From the sequence record SRR9188676_3046: a DNA stretch of 48,043 nucleotides. One strand, written 5' to 3'. Below are positions 10,216-19,396 of this stretch, piece by piece. A program made the translations under genes and the position numbers. How positions within the stretch are numbered: position 1 is the stretch's first letter; the number at the start of each line of letters is the position of its first letter. A model generated the notes under the pieces. That model was given only the letters and a program-made list of their open reading frames with translations. It did not search any database and was not told the origin of the DNA.

Positions 10216-10872
10216 TTAACGCAGCGTTTTAATAAGGTCTTTAGGCGAAACATTGTATTGGTACATAAACAGCGTTGAAAAATAATGAACATCATTATAT
10301 CCAACGGAATAGGCAATCTGTGAAATAGAATTTTGGATATAATTATCAATCATCTGCTTTGCTTTGTGTAATCGTAGTATCCTTATATATTTATTAGGTG
10401 TTAAACAGACTAAATTCGCAATTTTTCTATGCAACTGTCTTTCGCTAACTGCCATTTTAAACGCTAAATCGTAGAGACTGAGGTAATCTTTGGTGATACA
10501 GCCATAAATCTCTTTTTCAAGGCTCATGAGCCATTCCTGATCCATTTTTGTTATTTTTTGAGGTTTTATCTCATCTGAACACATTGCTCGGACATTTTGA
10601 TTTTCCTCATAAATTTCAAAAATTTCTGGACGACCCTGAAAAGTGACATTGAGGGATTTAGATTTAGCTTTTCGCATTATTTCTTCTACGATGTCACTAA
10701 TTTCTTTGCTACTCGAAAAGATGATTTCATCAACAATATTTTTATGCTCCATCGAACTATTTTGACTCGCACTAATAATGTTTTCTAATGGGTTTTTGAT
10801 ATTCTGAACAATTTGTTCCAAAACATCTGGAGAAGACCAATCGATAGCTATGTTTTTTCTTGTGTCCATCAT
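10216..10872 (-). CDS. AraC-family transcriptional regulator with short N-terminal extension
   Basis: LAFKMAVSERQLHRKI...TPNKYIRILRLHKAKQMI...ISQIAYSVGYNDVHYFSTLF double HTH. Confidence 0.9.
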   Translation of the reverse strand: MMDTRKNIAIDWSSPDVLEQIVQNIKNPLENIISASQNSSMEHKNIVDEIIFSSSKEISDIVEEIMRKAKSKSLNVTFQGRPEIFEIYEENQNVRAMCSDEIKPQKITKMDQEWLMSLEKEIYGCITKDYLSLYDLAFKMAVSERQLHRKIANLVCLTPNKYIRILRLHKAKQMIDNYIQNSISQIAYSVGYNDVHYFSTLFMYQYNVSPKDLIKTLR

Positions 10873-10950
10873 ATTTTTTTGTAAATAGTGTTTAGAGGTA
10901 CTTGAAAAAAATGGTTAATGAAATTCAAGAGTATTTTAATATAACGATAA

Positions 10951-11685
10951 TCAATATACGTTTTTTGCTTTGGTGTTACATTTTAAAAATGTATCAAACT
11001 CTAGGAAATAAAATCTTCGCCAAAAAGTATCTTGTGGATTTCTAAAAGCTTCAAAAGCTAAGATTGTTTCTTTGTCTAGTTGTTCGATGGTTCTATTTTT
11101 TTCTTTTAAAAAAAGCTGTTTCAATTTTTCAGATTTCTCAAACCAATAATTGGCTCGTTCTAAATACAGCTTTTCGCTTGTCAAAAAATAAATGGTTTGG
11201 TAAAGTAATGCTATACCAATTGTTCCACTTTTCAAATCAAAGGTCAAATCTTCTTCTTTAAATCTGTCTTCTTTAATTTTTGAAAAAGATGCTATAAGAT
11301 TAGCTTTTTTAAGTAACCTTTCATCTTGTAATAAAATCGCAATTTTTACAAACAACAGTGCAATTTGTAACTCTCCTTCATACAAAGAAATAATATTATT
11401 GGTAATGATATTATCGCCTTCAAACTCAGCAGGAAGAATTGAAATATCATCTTCAGATAAATCTAAAGGTATCAAATAAGTCCATAATAGATTAACACTC
11501 TTTTGTAAGGTTGTTTTTATTTTCTCTCTTTGAAGTAAATCACTCAAAAAATATTCTTGAATGAGTTGGTGTAAGGCAAGATTATAACCTGTCATGTTCA
11601 AAGAGATATGTAAAATTTCTCCTTCTGCGAGTTTCTCTACAATGCTATCACAGTAGTCTAAATATTGGTTATCCCGATTAAGCAT
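10951..11685 (-). CDS. Truncated, degenerate LanC-like protein (zinc ligands absent)
   Basis: SLYEGELQIAL and FDLKSGTIGIALLYQTIYFLT...ANYWFE align by eye with the WCYG and CHG segments of LanC; only 244 aa. Confidence 0.55.
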   Translation of the reverse strand: MLNRDNQYLDYCDSIVEKLAEGEILHISLNMTGYNLALHQLIQEYFLSDLLQREKIKTTLQKSVNLLWTYLIPLDLSEDDISILPAEFEGDNIITNNIISLYEGELQIALLFVKIAILLQDERLLKKANLIASFSKIKEDRFKEEDLTFDLKSGTIGIALLYQTIYFLTSEKLYLERANYWFEKSEKLKQLFLKEKNRTIEQLDKETILAFEAFRNPQDTFWRRFYFLEFDTFLKCNTKAKNVY

Positions 11686-12256
11686 CCTAGTATTTATTTG
11701 TATCTTTCAGAGATTAATTCATATTTTGATGCTACTTCTGCATTGATGTTGAATGTAAGCAACCAACTTGGTTTACTTCTATTACTGCTTATTACTGCTC
11801 TTTTGTTTCTTTGCCCTCAAAGACTTGAATAAAAGTATTTTAAGTGCCTGTATTAATAAAATTTATTATGCGAAAGTGCCAAAACATTATGTGAAACTTG
11901 ATTTTTGCCTGGATATAACAAATTTGGTTTTAAAGGACTTCGCTGAATATTTAAATAAATACACAACTTTAATGAAAACTAATAAATATGACTTTATAAT
12001 AGACTTGTAGTTTATATCAAATATCACTAATTGTGAACCCCGTTGTCTTTATGGTGTCAAAATTTGTAAAAGTTTTTTGGTGTGCGTATTTTTTTGATAT
12101 TTGTCCGTTGAATTGAGCCACTGTGCTTTTCATTAACAATAATTTTGTTGAATTTTTCATAGTTAAATTGATTTAGTTTATTTACTGAATCAAAATTAAC
12201 GGGCAGTAATGCTGTACAAAAAAATATTATGTGAACACTTTAAAATATTATGTGAA

Positions 12257-13339
12257 ATGCCCAACTTTTTAAGTTTAAACTTTCTTCAATATAAACCGAC
12301 CTCAAAAAAAAATTTCTATCATATATTAGCATGGGGCATATACTTCACTTTAACCAATCTTAATTATTATTTAAGTACTGGGGGGCAGACCGATATTTTA
12401 AGCACCTTGATTAGAATGGTGTTAGTTGCAACTGTTCTTTTTTATGCAAACATCTATTGGGTTATTCCCAATTTTTGGGCTAAAAAAAGATATTTTGGGC
12501 AAGTTATAGCAATGCTGTTTTTAACAATAATATATATATATCTAAGATATTTATTAGATTTTTACTTATTGCCTGCATTAGGAGAAGAATATATTGGTTA
12601 TCAATCTTTATCTAATCAATTTTTTTCTGATTCTATATGGTTCGCCACACAATACTTTTTGCTGAGTTTTGGCTATTGGTATGCTATACATGGAATAGAG
12701 AAAGAAAGAGAAAATAAAAGAATGGCAATCGAGCTTTTTGAATATAAATTACTCTTGAACAAACTTGAATTAGATTTTCTCAGACAGCAAATTAGCCCAC
12801 ACTTTGTTTATAATGTGCTTAGTTCTGTTTATACCAAAGTGTATAAACAATCACCTGATGCCGCAGAAATTATTATGCTACTATCTGAAATAATGTCGTA
12901 TTCAACTGGAGCTTCTAAATCAGACGATGAAGTACCTTTGGAAGAAGAACTCAGAAATGTTGGAAGATTTATTGAGTTAGAAAAATACAGATATGGCTAT
13001 GATTTTATCATCGACTACCATATAATTGGTAGCCCTGATTCAGCAGACCAAATACTCCCATTGATACTCTTAACATTTATTGAAAATGCTTTTAAATATG
13101 GAGATAGAAATAATGCAGAAAGACCAATAACAATCAAAATAGAAATTGATGACGATAAACTGACTTTTTACTGCAAAAATGTAATCCAACAAATCTCTCC
13201 CTACAAAAAATCAAACAAAATCGGGATTGCCAACACCCAGAAGAGGTTAGCGATAAAGTATCCAGGTAAGTTCTTTTTGTCAAATAGAATTGAAGGTGAC
13301 GAGTATGTTGTTCACTTTTCTCTTGATTTGAGGCATTAA
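12257..13339 (+). CDS. LytS/YehU-type membrane sensor histidine kinase
   Basis: About 4 TM helices, LRQQISPHFVYNVL H-box, VPLEEEL, FIENAFKYG, IGIANT. Track start is 12209; ATG 12257 preferred because the extra codons are a DNA tandem repeat. Confidence 0.9.
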   Translation: MPNFLSLNFLQYKPTSKKNFYHILAWGIYFTLTNLNYYLSTGGQTDILSTLIRMVLVATVLFYANIYWVIPNFWAKKRYFGQVIAMLFLTIIYIYLRYLLDFYLLPALGEEYIGYQSLSNQFFSDSIWFATQYFLLSFGYWYAIHGIEKERENKRMAIELFEYKLLLNKLELDFLRQQISPHFVYNVLSSVYTKVYKQSPDAAEIIMLLSEIMSYSTGASKSDDEVPLEEELRNVGRFIELEKYRYGYDFIIDYHIIGSPDSADQILPLILLTFIENAFKYGDRNNAERPITIKIEIDDDKLTFYCKNVIQQISPYKKSNKIGIANTQKRLAIKYPGKFFLSNRIEGDEYVVHFSLDLRH

Positions 13340-13571
13340 ACAAAAAAGCTTATTAGTTATTACTCAATCAGATGGTTTACATATTAGATTTAATTATTGA
13401 TAAATCAACAATTAAATAGTTAAGTGCTTTAAATTGATGTTTAATATTAAAAATTTCACTTTCTCTATTAAAATAAGAACATAAAATACTAATTTTAAAT
13501 AAAATAAAAAATACTAAACCGCCATCCAATCCATTTAACGCTTGATTTTCCACCTTTAATGCCAACATAAA

Positions 13572-14285
13572 ATGCTGAATTGCTTAATCATTGATGATGA
13601 AAACCATGCCATAGAGCTACTTACCGACTATATTAGTAATGTTAGTTTTCTAAAATTAGGAAATACTACCAACGACCCAATTGTTGGCCTAAAACTAATA
13701 AATGAAGGGGATTATGATATAATTTTTTTGGATGTTGAAATGCCTAAAATAACTGGTTTAGAGTTGCTCTCTGGCATTACAAATAAGAGTAAAGTCGTCA
13801 TTACAAGTGCGAATCGTGGCTATGCTGCAGATGGCTATGAAAATGAGATTTTTGATTTTCTTTCAAAACCAATTCGTTTTGAAAGGTTTTTAAAAGTAGT
13901 TCAAAAAATTTTTAATGCTACGACAAAGGAAAATTCAGATGCTAAAGGAGATTATATTTTTGTAAAACTTGAATCTAAAAATAAACTAAAGAGAATTTTA
14001 TACAACGATATTGTTTACGTAGAAGGGGCAGGCAATTATATAACTATTCATACCATTAATGAAAAAGTTGTTACCTATTTAACCATTCGAGATTTTGAAG
14101 AATTAGTGCCTTCTGAGAAATTTATGAGGGTTCAAAAATCATATCTTGTTGCAGTCGAAAAGATTTCGGGTTTGGAAGGAAATGAACTTATCCTCGAAAA
14201 TAACAAAAGTGTATTAGTGGGAGAATCTTATCGGCTGAAAGTCATTGAATTTTTGAGTGGCTTTATGAAGCAGAAAAAGAAGTGA
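13572..14285 (+). CDS. LytR/AlgR-family response regulator (REC + LytTR)
   Basis: IIDDE, FLDVEMP, FLSKP receiver motifs; YVEGAGNY, FMRVQKSYLV LytTR motifs. Confidence 0.95.
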   Translation: MLNCLIIDDENHAIELLTDYISNVSFLKLGNTTNDPIVGLKLINEGDYDIIFLDVEMPKITGLELLSGITNKSKVVITSANRGYAADGYENEIFDFLSKPIRFERFLKVVQKIFNATTKENSDAKGDYIFVKLESKNKLKRILYNDIVYVEGAGNYITIHTINEKVVTYLTIRDFEELVPSEKFMRVQKSYLVAVEKISGLEGNELILENNKSVLVGESYRLKVIEFLSGFMKQKKK

Positions 14286-14298
14286 AACAGAAGATAAT

Positions 14299-15087
14299 TT
14301 ATTTGAAAAAATATAGCCCAATTTCCTCGACGGCATAAGCAATTAATCCATTATTAATGGTTATCAAGATAAAAGCCGTTAGCATACTTTTGAGCAAAAG
14401 TATCCATTTCTTGTAGCCAAAAACTGAAAAATATTGGTAAAAAAACCAAGAGGAATAAATAATTTCTGAAACTGCAAGTCCCTGATTCATAATGCGCAAA
14501 CCTGACATGTTGCTATAAAACAATGAAATAATTACTAATACGGTGGACATTATCAAATATGCACTCAACCTATAAATATTTAATACCAAGTGCTCCGTGT
14601 AGTTTTGGCGACTTTTCCTAAATAGTAAATAGCTTGTTAAAGCAAATAAAGGGATACCTGCAAGTGCTACAACTTTATAATATTCCTTAACTACTTTTTG
14701 AAAACCAGCAAATTTAGCTTCGTAAAGCTCATCTCTATTGATGTTAGACAAAGTACCAAGATAATGATTAATCGCAATGATTACGAGTATAAATGCGAAG
14801 TAATTAAAATGATTTATTCTCCTCCCCTGTATGAATTCTCTGATACTGTGTCCCGGTCTGGTAAAGAGTTCTTTAATCGTGTGTGGAAAGCCTTTATCAA
14901 AGTGAAAAACTCCATGCACAAAATCGTGTACAAAGAAATGCTGCAAAGAAAATCTATGCGTAGAGGTCTTTTGTCCACAAAATGAACAAAAATTGTTTTC
15001 AACAACACTATCACAATTTAAACATTTGTAATGAGTTGAATCAGAAGAAACGGTTAGTTTATCTTGTATTTCAATAGTTGCTCCCAT
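14299..15087 (-). CDS. DUF3667-like membrane protein with N-terminal zinc ribbon
   Basis: CLNC...FCSFCGQ, TIKELFTRPG, EFIQGRR, NYTEHLV, several TM segments. Confidence 0.8.
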   Translation of the reverse strand: MGATIEIQDKLTVSSDSTHYKCLNCDSVVENNFCSFCGQKTSTHRFSLQHFFVHDFVHGVFHFDKGFPHTIKELFTRPGHSIREFIQGRRINHFNYFAFILVIIAINHYLGTLSNINRDELYEAKFAGFQKVVKEYYKVVALAGIPLFALTSYLLFRKSRQNYTEHLVLNIYRLSAYLIMSTVLVIISLFYSNMSGLRIMNQGLAVSEIIYSSWFFYQYFSVFGYKKWILLLKSMLTAFILITINNGLIAYAVEEIGLYFFK

Positions 15088-15106
15088 ATTATTACAAATA
15101 AATTCT

Positions 15107-16642
15107 TTAAATATTTACCCAACGTGTAATATACATTAACTGTTCTTTTTTATGTTCAAGAGAAAATAGGTCTAATCTATGATAGATATTTTCTATACAA
15201 TTGTGTTCAAATATTTTTAAGGAGTCATTCCCTTCCAAAAAATTATCTTCACTTTTCAAGTTGAAAATGGGTATGTCTCCATTAAGCATTTGTTTCATTT
15301 CATAATCAAGAATAAACCTATATTTTTCCATATTTTCTCCTTGAAAAGCTTTCGATAATAAATAGCGTAGCTTTGAGTTATATTCGTCAAAATTTGACAT
15401 GAAAGATGCTGCTCTCATATACTTTAAAATTTTGAAATATATAAAGGTTGGTCGCCAAACATAGCGAACTTCATTATTTTGAAATAATTGTAATAAGAAA
15501 TTATTAGATGTTAATTCCTTTTTTGAATTTAAAATAATATCGTAGGTAGAAGAAAACCCATCAATGAAATACTCTTTGTAATCACTTACCAAAATGTACT
15601 TCCCCTGAAATACAGGAATATTTTTAGCTATTATTTCTTTTGTAGCAAAACGAGTCATCCTCTTAGAATTTATGGTATTGGGATTTACCACGATTGTCTG
15701 TAACTCTGTTACATCGACATACCCATTTACTCCGTAGCCAACATTGTGTAATGGTGCTCCTGTATCGGGATTAACAATCAAAACATTTTCTAATACTGAA
15801 AAAGGAGGAATTTTGAACTGATCATCCCATGAACGAAAAGATTTATCGTTAAAGAATGGCTGAATAATAGTTTCGTGATCAATTATGACAGGATTTTTAT
15901 TTGATGCAATTAAATTCTCACGATGACAATCTCTGCTACCCAAAAGTAAGGTAACAGCTAATAACATCCCAGCTTTGTAGTAGTATTCTCCTAAATCCTG
16001 TTCTAAGGCAACTTCTTCGTAATGTACAAATTCTATCCAGCCATAACTACCACAATCCAACACTTTAAAAGTTTTTAGGTCTGTCTTTAATTTGCAATTA
16101 ATCCAATCAATGAAAGAATTATATGAATTAGTTATTTTTATATTTCTCGGTTTGTATATCAGCTTTGTTCCATCTGACAAATACACTAAGGAAGTGCCCT
16201 CGCCATTGTGTCCATCACCGAGACTTACGTCAATATCTACAATCTTGATGTCTCTTAGGTTGAATATAGATGCTATATTTTCAAAATCTTCTTGAAAATG
16301 AGAAATAATATTATGAATATGATTTGAAAAATTAGTGGTCTTTATCTTTAGAATTTTATCTAAAACAGGATAATCAGATGCTAATGATAAGACCATTTTT
16401 TCTGTAAATTCATCATAGTTTATGTTCCCTTTTTCAATAAAATTATCTAATTCCGACTGTAATGTAACTTCTGCCGAATAACTCAAATCTTCTAATAATA
16501 GCGCCTCTAATTTATTTTTTAGATGAGATGATAAGTCCAAGAAAGAATTATTTGTAAAACTTTCAGTATAGGATAAAAGAATTTCAACAAACGGAATTGT
16601 TTTGAAATTATCCTTTATTAAATATGGGGCTTGATTCGTCAT
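15107..16642 (-). CDS. Stand-alone LanM-type dehydratase domain protein (DUF4135), no cyclase domain
   Basis: GDGH, LIYKPR, YGWIEFV, DCHRENL, IIDHET, VRYVWRPTFIY, GDIPIF; ends at 511 aa. Confidence 0.88.
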   Translation of the reverse strand: MTNQAPYLIKDNFKTIPFVEILLSYTESFTNNSFLDLSSHLKNKLEALLLEDLSYSAEVTLQSELDNFIEKGNINYDEFTEKMVLSLASDYPVLDKILKIKTTNFSNHIHNIISHFQEDFENIASIFNLRDIKIVDIDVSLGDGHNGEGTSLVYLSDGTKLIYKPRNIKITNSYNSFIDWINCKLKTDLKTFKVLDCGSYGWIEFVHYEEVALEQDLGEYYYKAGMLLAVTLLLGSRDCHRENLIASNKNPVIIDHETIIQPFFNDKSFRSWDDQFKIPPFSVLENVLIVNPDTGAPLHNVGYGVNGYVDVTELQTIVVNPNTINSKRMTRFATKEIIAKNIPVFQGKYILVSDYKEYFIDGFSSTYDIILNSKKELTSNNFLLQLFQNNEVRYVWRPTFIYFKILKYMRAASFMSNFDEYNSKLRYLLSKAFQGENMEKYRFILDYEMKQMLNGDIPIFNLKSEDNFLEGNDSLKIFEHNCIENIYHRLDLFSLEHKKEQLMYITRWVNI

Positions 16643-16801
16643 TTTATTACGATAAAAGCAGATGTTAAAATGTCATTTTTGAGTATTAATAATTCAAAGA
16701 GGTGGTGGAATATCTTAATCTTGATTATATCGGGAATAAAACATTATTGTTAAAAAATATCGTTGGAGTTGTTAGAGAGATTCTTACTATGAAAACCCAA
16801 T

Positions 16802-16846
16802 TGCACTTATCTCGATGATTTATTGTAAATCATCGAGATAAGTGCA
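16802..16846 (-). terminator. Perfect 21-bp stem-loop just after the cupin gene (terminator or mRNA-stabilising hairpin)
   Basis: tgcacttatctcgatgattta-ttg-taaatcatcgagataagtgca, 3 nt after the stop codon. Confidence 0.75.
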
Positions 16847-16849
16847 TAC

Positions 16850-18064
16850 CTAATTTAAAACTTTAAGTAACCCGCCTCTCACAAGCCTTTTCGCTAATTT
16901 TAATTTATTTTCATTATTTAAAAATGGAATATCTTTGACTGAGAAAATACCTTTTTGTTCTGAAATAAACACTAATGTATTTACAATTTGCGAAGGTCCT
17001 TTTATGGTATTTCCTTGGAACGAAATTCTTGCCCCTGAAGCACTATTCGTTACTTTTGAGGTCAATCCTTCTCGTTTAGATAGCTGTGATTCTAAATGGA
17101 TATGATTCAGTCTATCTAAACTTGAAAAATGCCCGTCTGGCTTTGGTTGCTCTTTTGTTCTGAACTCTTCTCCTAAAATGTTTAAAGAACCAGCAATATT
17201 TTCCTTCTGAAAGACTTGTTGTAAGATATTAATAAAGTCTAATTCTTCGTCAGTAGATAATAGGTTTTCATTATCAGAATTCAAAAAACCAATAGGAAGT
17301 GCTTTACGCAGTTCTATGTGTTTTTGGCTTAGATTTAATAACGATTTCGTGATAAAATCAATCCATTGTACAGATTGAATACCGACAGTAATGTGCATAG
17401 AGGATTTATCAATTGTGTATGCCTCATGAGGAACACCTCGTGGCATATACAAAATATCCCCTGCACGCATAGTAATTTCTCTTGCACCAGTTAGTTGCTC
17501 TCTTTGAAAAGTAGGTTGATAGCTATTTAAAAGAGGTGTTTTGAGATGAGTCTCATCATACAATATCCAATGTTTTTCACCTGAAATTTGTAAGGCAAAA
17601 ACATCATGCGAATCATAATGAGGGGAAAAGGCTTTTTCGTTTTCTGGAGTTAAATAAAGGTTTGCAGACGCATTGTGACTTATATCATTCCTTAAACTTT
17701 CCATAAGCATTTTAATTGGCTCCCAAAAACGCTGAATTCCATTAATTAATATGCTATATCCATCAGCATAGGCAGTATAAAGCTGATTCAAGTTTAAACT
17801 TCCATCTTGATTTTCGTAAACAGTTGAATTCATTGGCTGATTACTTTTCACAACTTTCAAACTACTACCATGTGGTCGATTATATTCTAAAACCTTGTCC
17901 AAGTCTTCAATTGAGAATAGTGAAAAAAAGAAATCAGGGTTATTTCTTTGGATATGTAAAACTTGCTTTTCCCAATAATTAGCTGCAAAATCTTCTATAT
18001 TAATCGGCTGAATTAAATCGGAGAAATTTTTCAATTCAGTTTGAATTTCGTTATGTGTTTCCAT
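16850..18064 (-). CDS. JmjC/Cupin_4 (ribosomal-oxygenase/YcfD-like) Fe(II)/2-oxoglutarate oxygenase
   Basis: FAANYWEKQVLHIQR, ANLYLTP, PHYDSHDVFALQISGEKHW (HxD plus K), GDILYMPRGVPHEA (distal His), winged-helix-like C-terminus. Confidence 0.9.
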   Translation of the reverse strand: METHNEIQTELKNFSDLIQPINIEDFAANYWEKQVLHIQRNNPDFFFSLFSIEDLDKVLEYNRPHGSSLKVVKSNQPMNSTVYENQDGSLNLNQLYTAYADGYSILINGIQRFWEPIKMLMESLRNDISHNASANLYLTPENEKAFSPHYDSHDVFALQISGEKHWILYDETHLKTPLLNSYQPTFQREQLTGAREITMRAGDILYMPRGVPHEAYTIDKSSMHITVGIQSVQWIDFITKSLLNLSQKHIELRKALPIGFLNSDNENLLSTDEELDFINILQQVFQKENIAGSLNILGEEFRTKEQPKPDGHFSSLDRLNHIHLESQLSKREGLTSKVTNSASGARISFQGNTIKGPSQIVNTLVFISEQKGIFSVKDIPFLNNENKLKLAKRLVRGGLLKVLN

Positions 18065-18497
18065 TTGTTAAAATTTAAAGTAACAAATAATATCTTCGTA
18101 AAACGTAATAAGCATTTATCTGAAAATTATAATATTTCAGATAAAAAGACCCATATAAACTAACCCCATAGTTTCTAATGCTTGAAATAAATTATACACA
18201 AGAGCCTTCTAAAATGAAACTTCCAGAAATTTTTAGAAGCCTTCTGGAAGTTATAGGAAATAGTTTTCTATTGATAGTACACAAGTAGTGAAAAATATTA
18301 CAAGCATACCTATTTTTATATAAACCCCAACAGGGATTAAAAGACATAGTATAACTGCATTTAACTAGCAGGGTCTGTATCAGGTAGGGAATTGAAAACC
18401 GTCCGCCCGTAACATAATCGGAAAAATAAGCTCAAAAATCGTTAGAGACTGCAGTAAATTGTCAGTCGAAGCAATTAAACTTATTGTTCTTAGATTA

Positions 18498-18758
18498 TTA
18501 GTTTGAATTTCTACTTTTTAACTCTTTATCTATAGAACTGACTTGACTATAAACTAGAATCAAAAGGGGTAAAAGTGCAAATGGAACAGCAAGTAAAGGT
18601 GTAACCCCTTTATTGATTGTCTGAAATATAGTGATAATAAGTAGTACCGTTAAAGCTCCTACAAATAAACCAAAAGCGAAAGAAGTAGATTTTTTCTTTT
18701 TGATTAAATCTTCTGTTCCCATGTCGCTAAAATTGTCTTTTTTGAGTTCCATTTTCAT
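18498..18758 (-). CDS. Small membrane protein with two hydrophobic segments
   Basis: 86-aa ORF with plausible topology (basic stretch, two TM segments, IDKELKSR tail). Confidence 0.7.
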   Translation of the reverse strand: MKMELKKDNFSDMGTEDLIKKKKSTSFAFGLFVGALTVLLIITIFQTINKGVTPLLAVPFALLPLLILVYSQVSSIDKELKSRNSN

Positions 18759-18950
18759 TTTGTTAATATTTTTATTTTGTTAGTATTTTTATGCTTACCG
18801 CCAACATAACGATATTATTTTTCTAGTGATTTAGAACGGATGCTTCATAAATACCTTTGAGCAACAAAAGAGGGCAAAGTTTTCTTGAATTAGGATGTCT
18901 TAAATTGCACTATCCAGTTACTTATGATTTTACTTGGTCTTCAATTTTTT

Positions 18951-18996
18951 CCACAAATACACTAATAATTATCGTCAAATATTAGTGCATTCGTGG
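18951..18996 (-). terminator. Stem-loop at the 3' end of the precursor array
   Basis: 17-bp arms ccacaaatacactaata / tattagtgcattcgtgg; both mismatches become G-U pairs in the minus-strand RNA. Confidence 0.6.
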
Positions 18997-19019
18997 CAAT
19001 CAAAAAGCATCAAGTAAAA

Positions 19020-19367
19020 TCAATGAGAACCTTTACCAGCATAATAAGCTCCGGCAACAAGTATAACGCCAAGTGCTATACCTGTAATTAAATCAGTACC
19101 ACCTGCAACCGTTTCCAACTGCTCATCGGTTAATTCTAATTCGTCAATCTCAATTTTTCTTGGAATGTTCAAATATATTTTTGAAGTATCCGTTTGATCC
19201 TCTACTATAATCTTGATATCTGATTGCATCTTCTGCCCAGTAACTGATTCAATTGTAGAGATAGGGTTTTCTATTAGTTGCTCTTTAAAAGCCGAACTTT
19301 CCCATGCTTTCTGTGCAAGAGTTTTCAATAATTCTGCACCTTGTTTTTGTTGTTCTTGAGTTATCAT
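19020..19367 (-). CDS. NHLP-leader RiPP precursor P5; predicted core TDLITGIALGVILVAGAYYAGKGSH
   Basis: KAWESSAFKEQLIENP...IYLNIP...ELTDEQLETVAGG leader. Confidence 0.93.
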   Translation of the reverse strand: MITQEQQKQGAELLKTLAQKAWESSAFKEQLIENPISTIESVTGQKMQSDIKIIVEDQTDTSKIYLNIPRKIEIDELELTDEQLETVAGGTDLITGIALGVILVAGAYYAGKGSH

Positions 19368-19396
19368 AATTGTAAAGGTTTAAAAGTTTATTATTA

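Noticed and set aside
11768-12010. 80-aa + strand ORF in the divergent promoter region, checked as a possible lanthipeptide precursor
   Set aside because: TTG start, low-complexity AT-rich composition, no GG leader or Ser/Thr/Cys-rich core
12209-12256. N-terminal KILCE-x2 extension of the sensor kinase
   Set aside because: Result of translating a 21-bp-period DNA repeat; the downstream ATG is more plausible
14299-15107. Frameshifted continuation of LanM (cyclase domain) after the dehydratase stop
   Set aside because: Downstream DNA is an intact unrelated membrane-protein gene; no LanC motifs in the tracked frames
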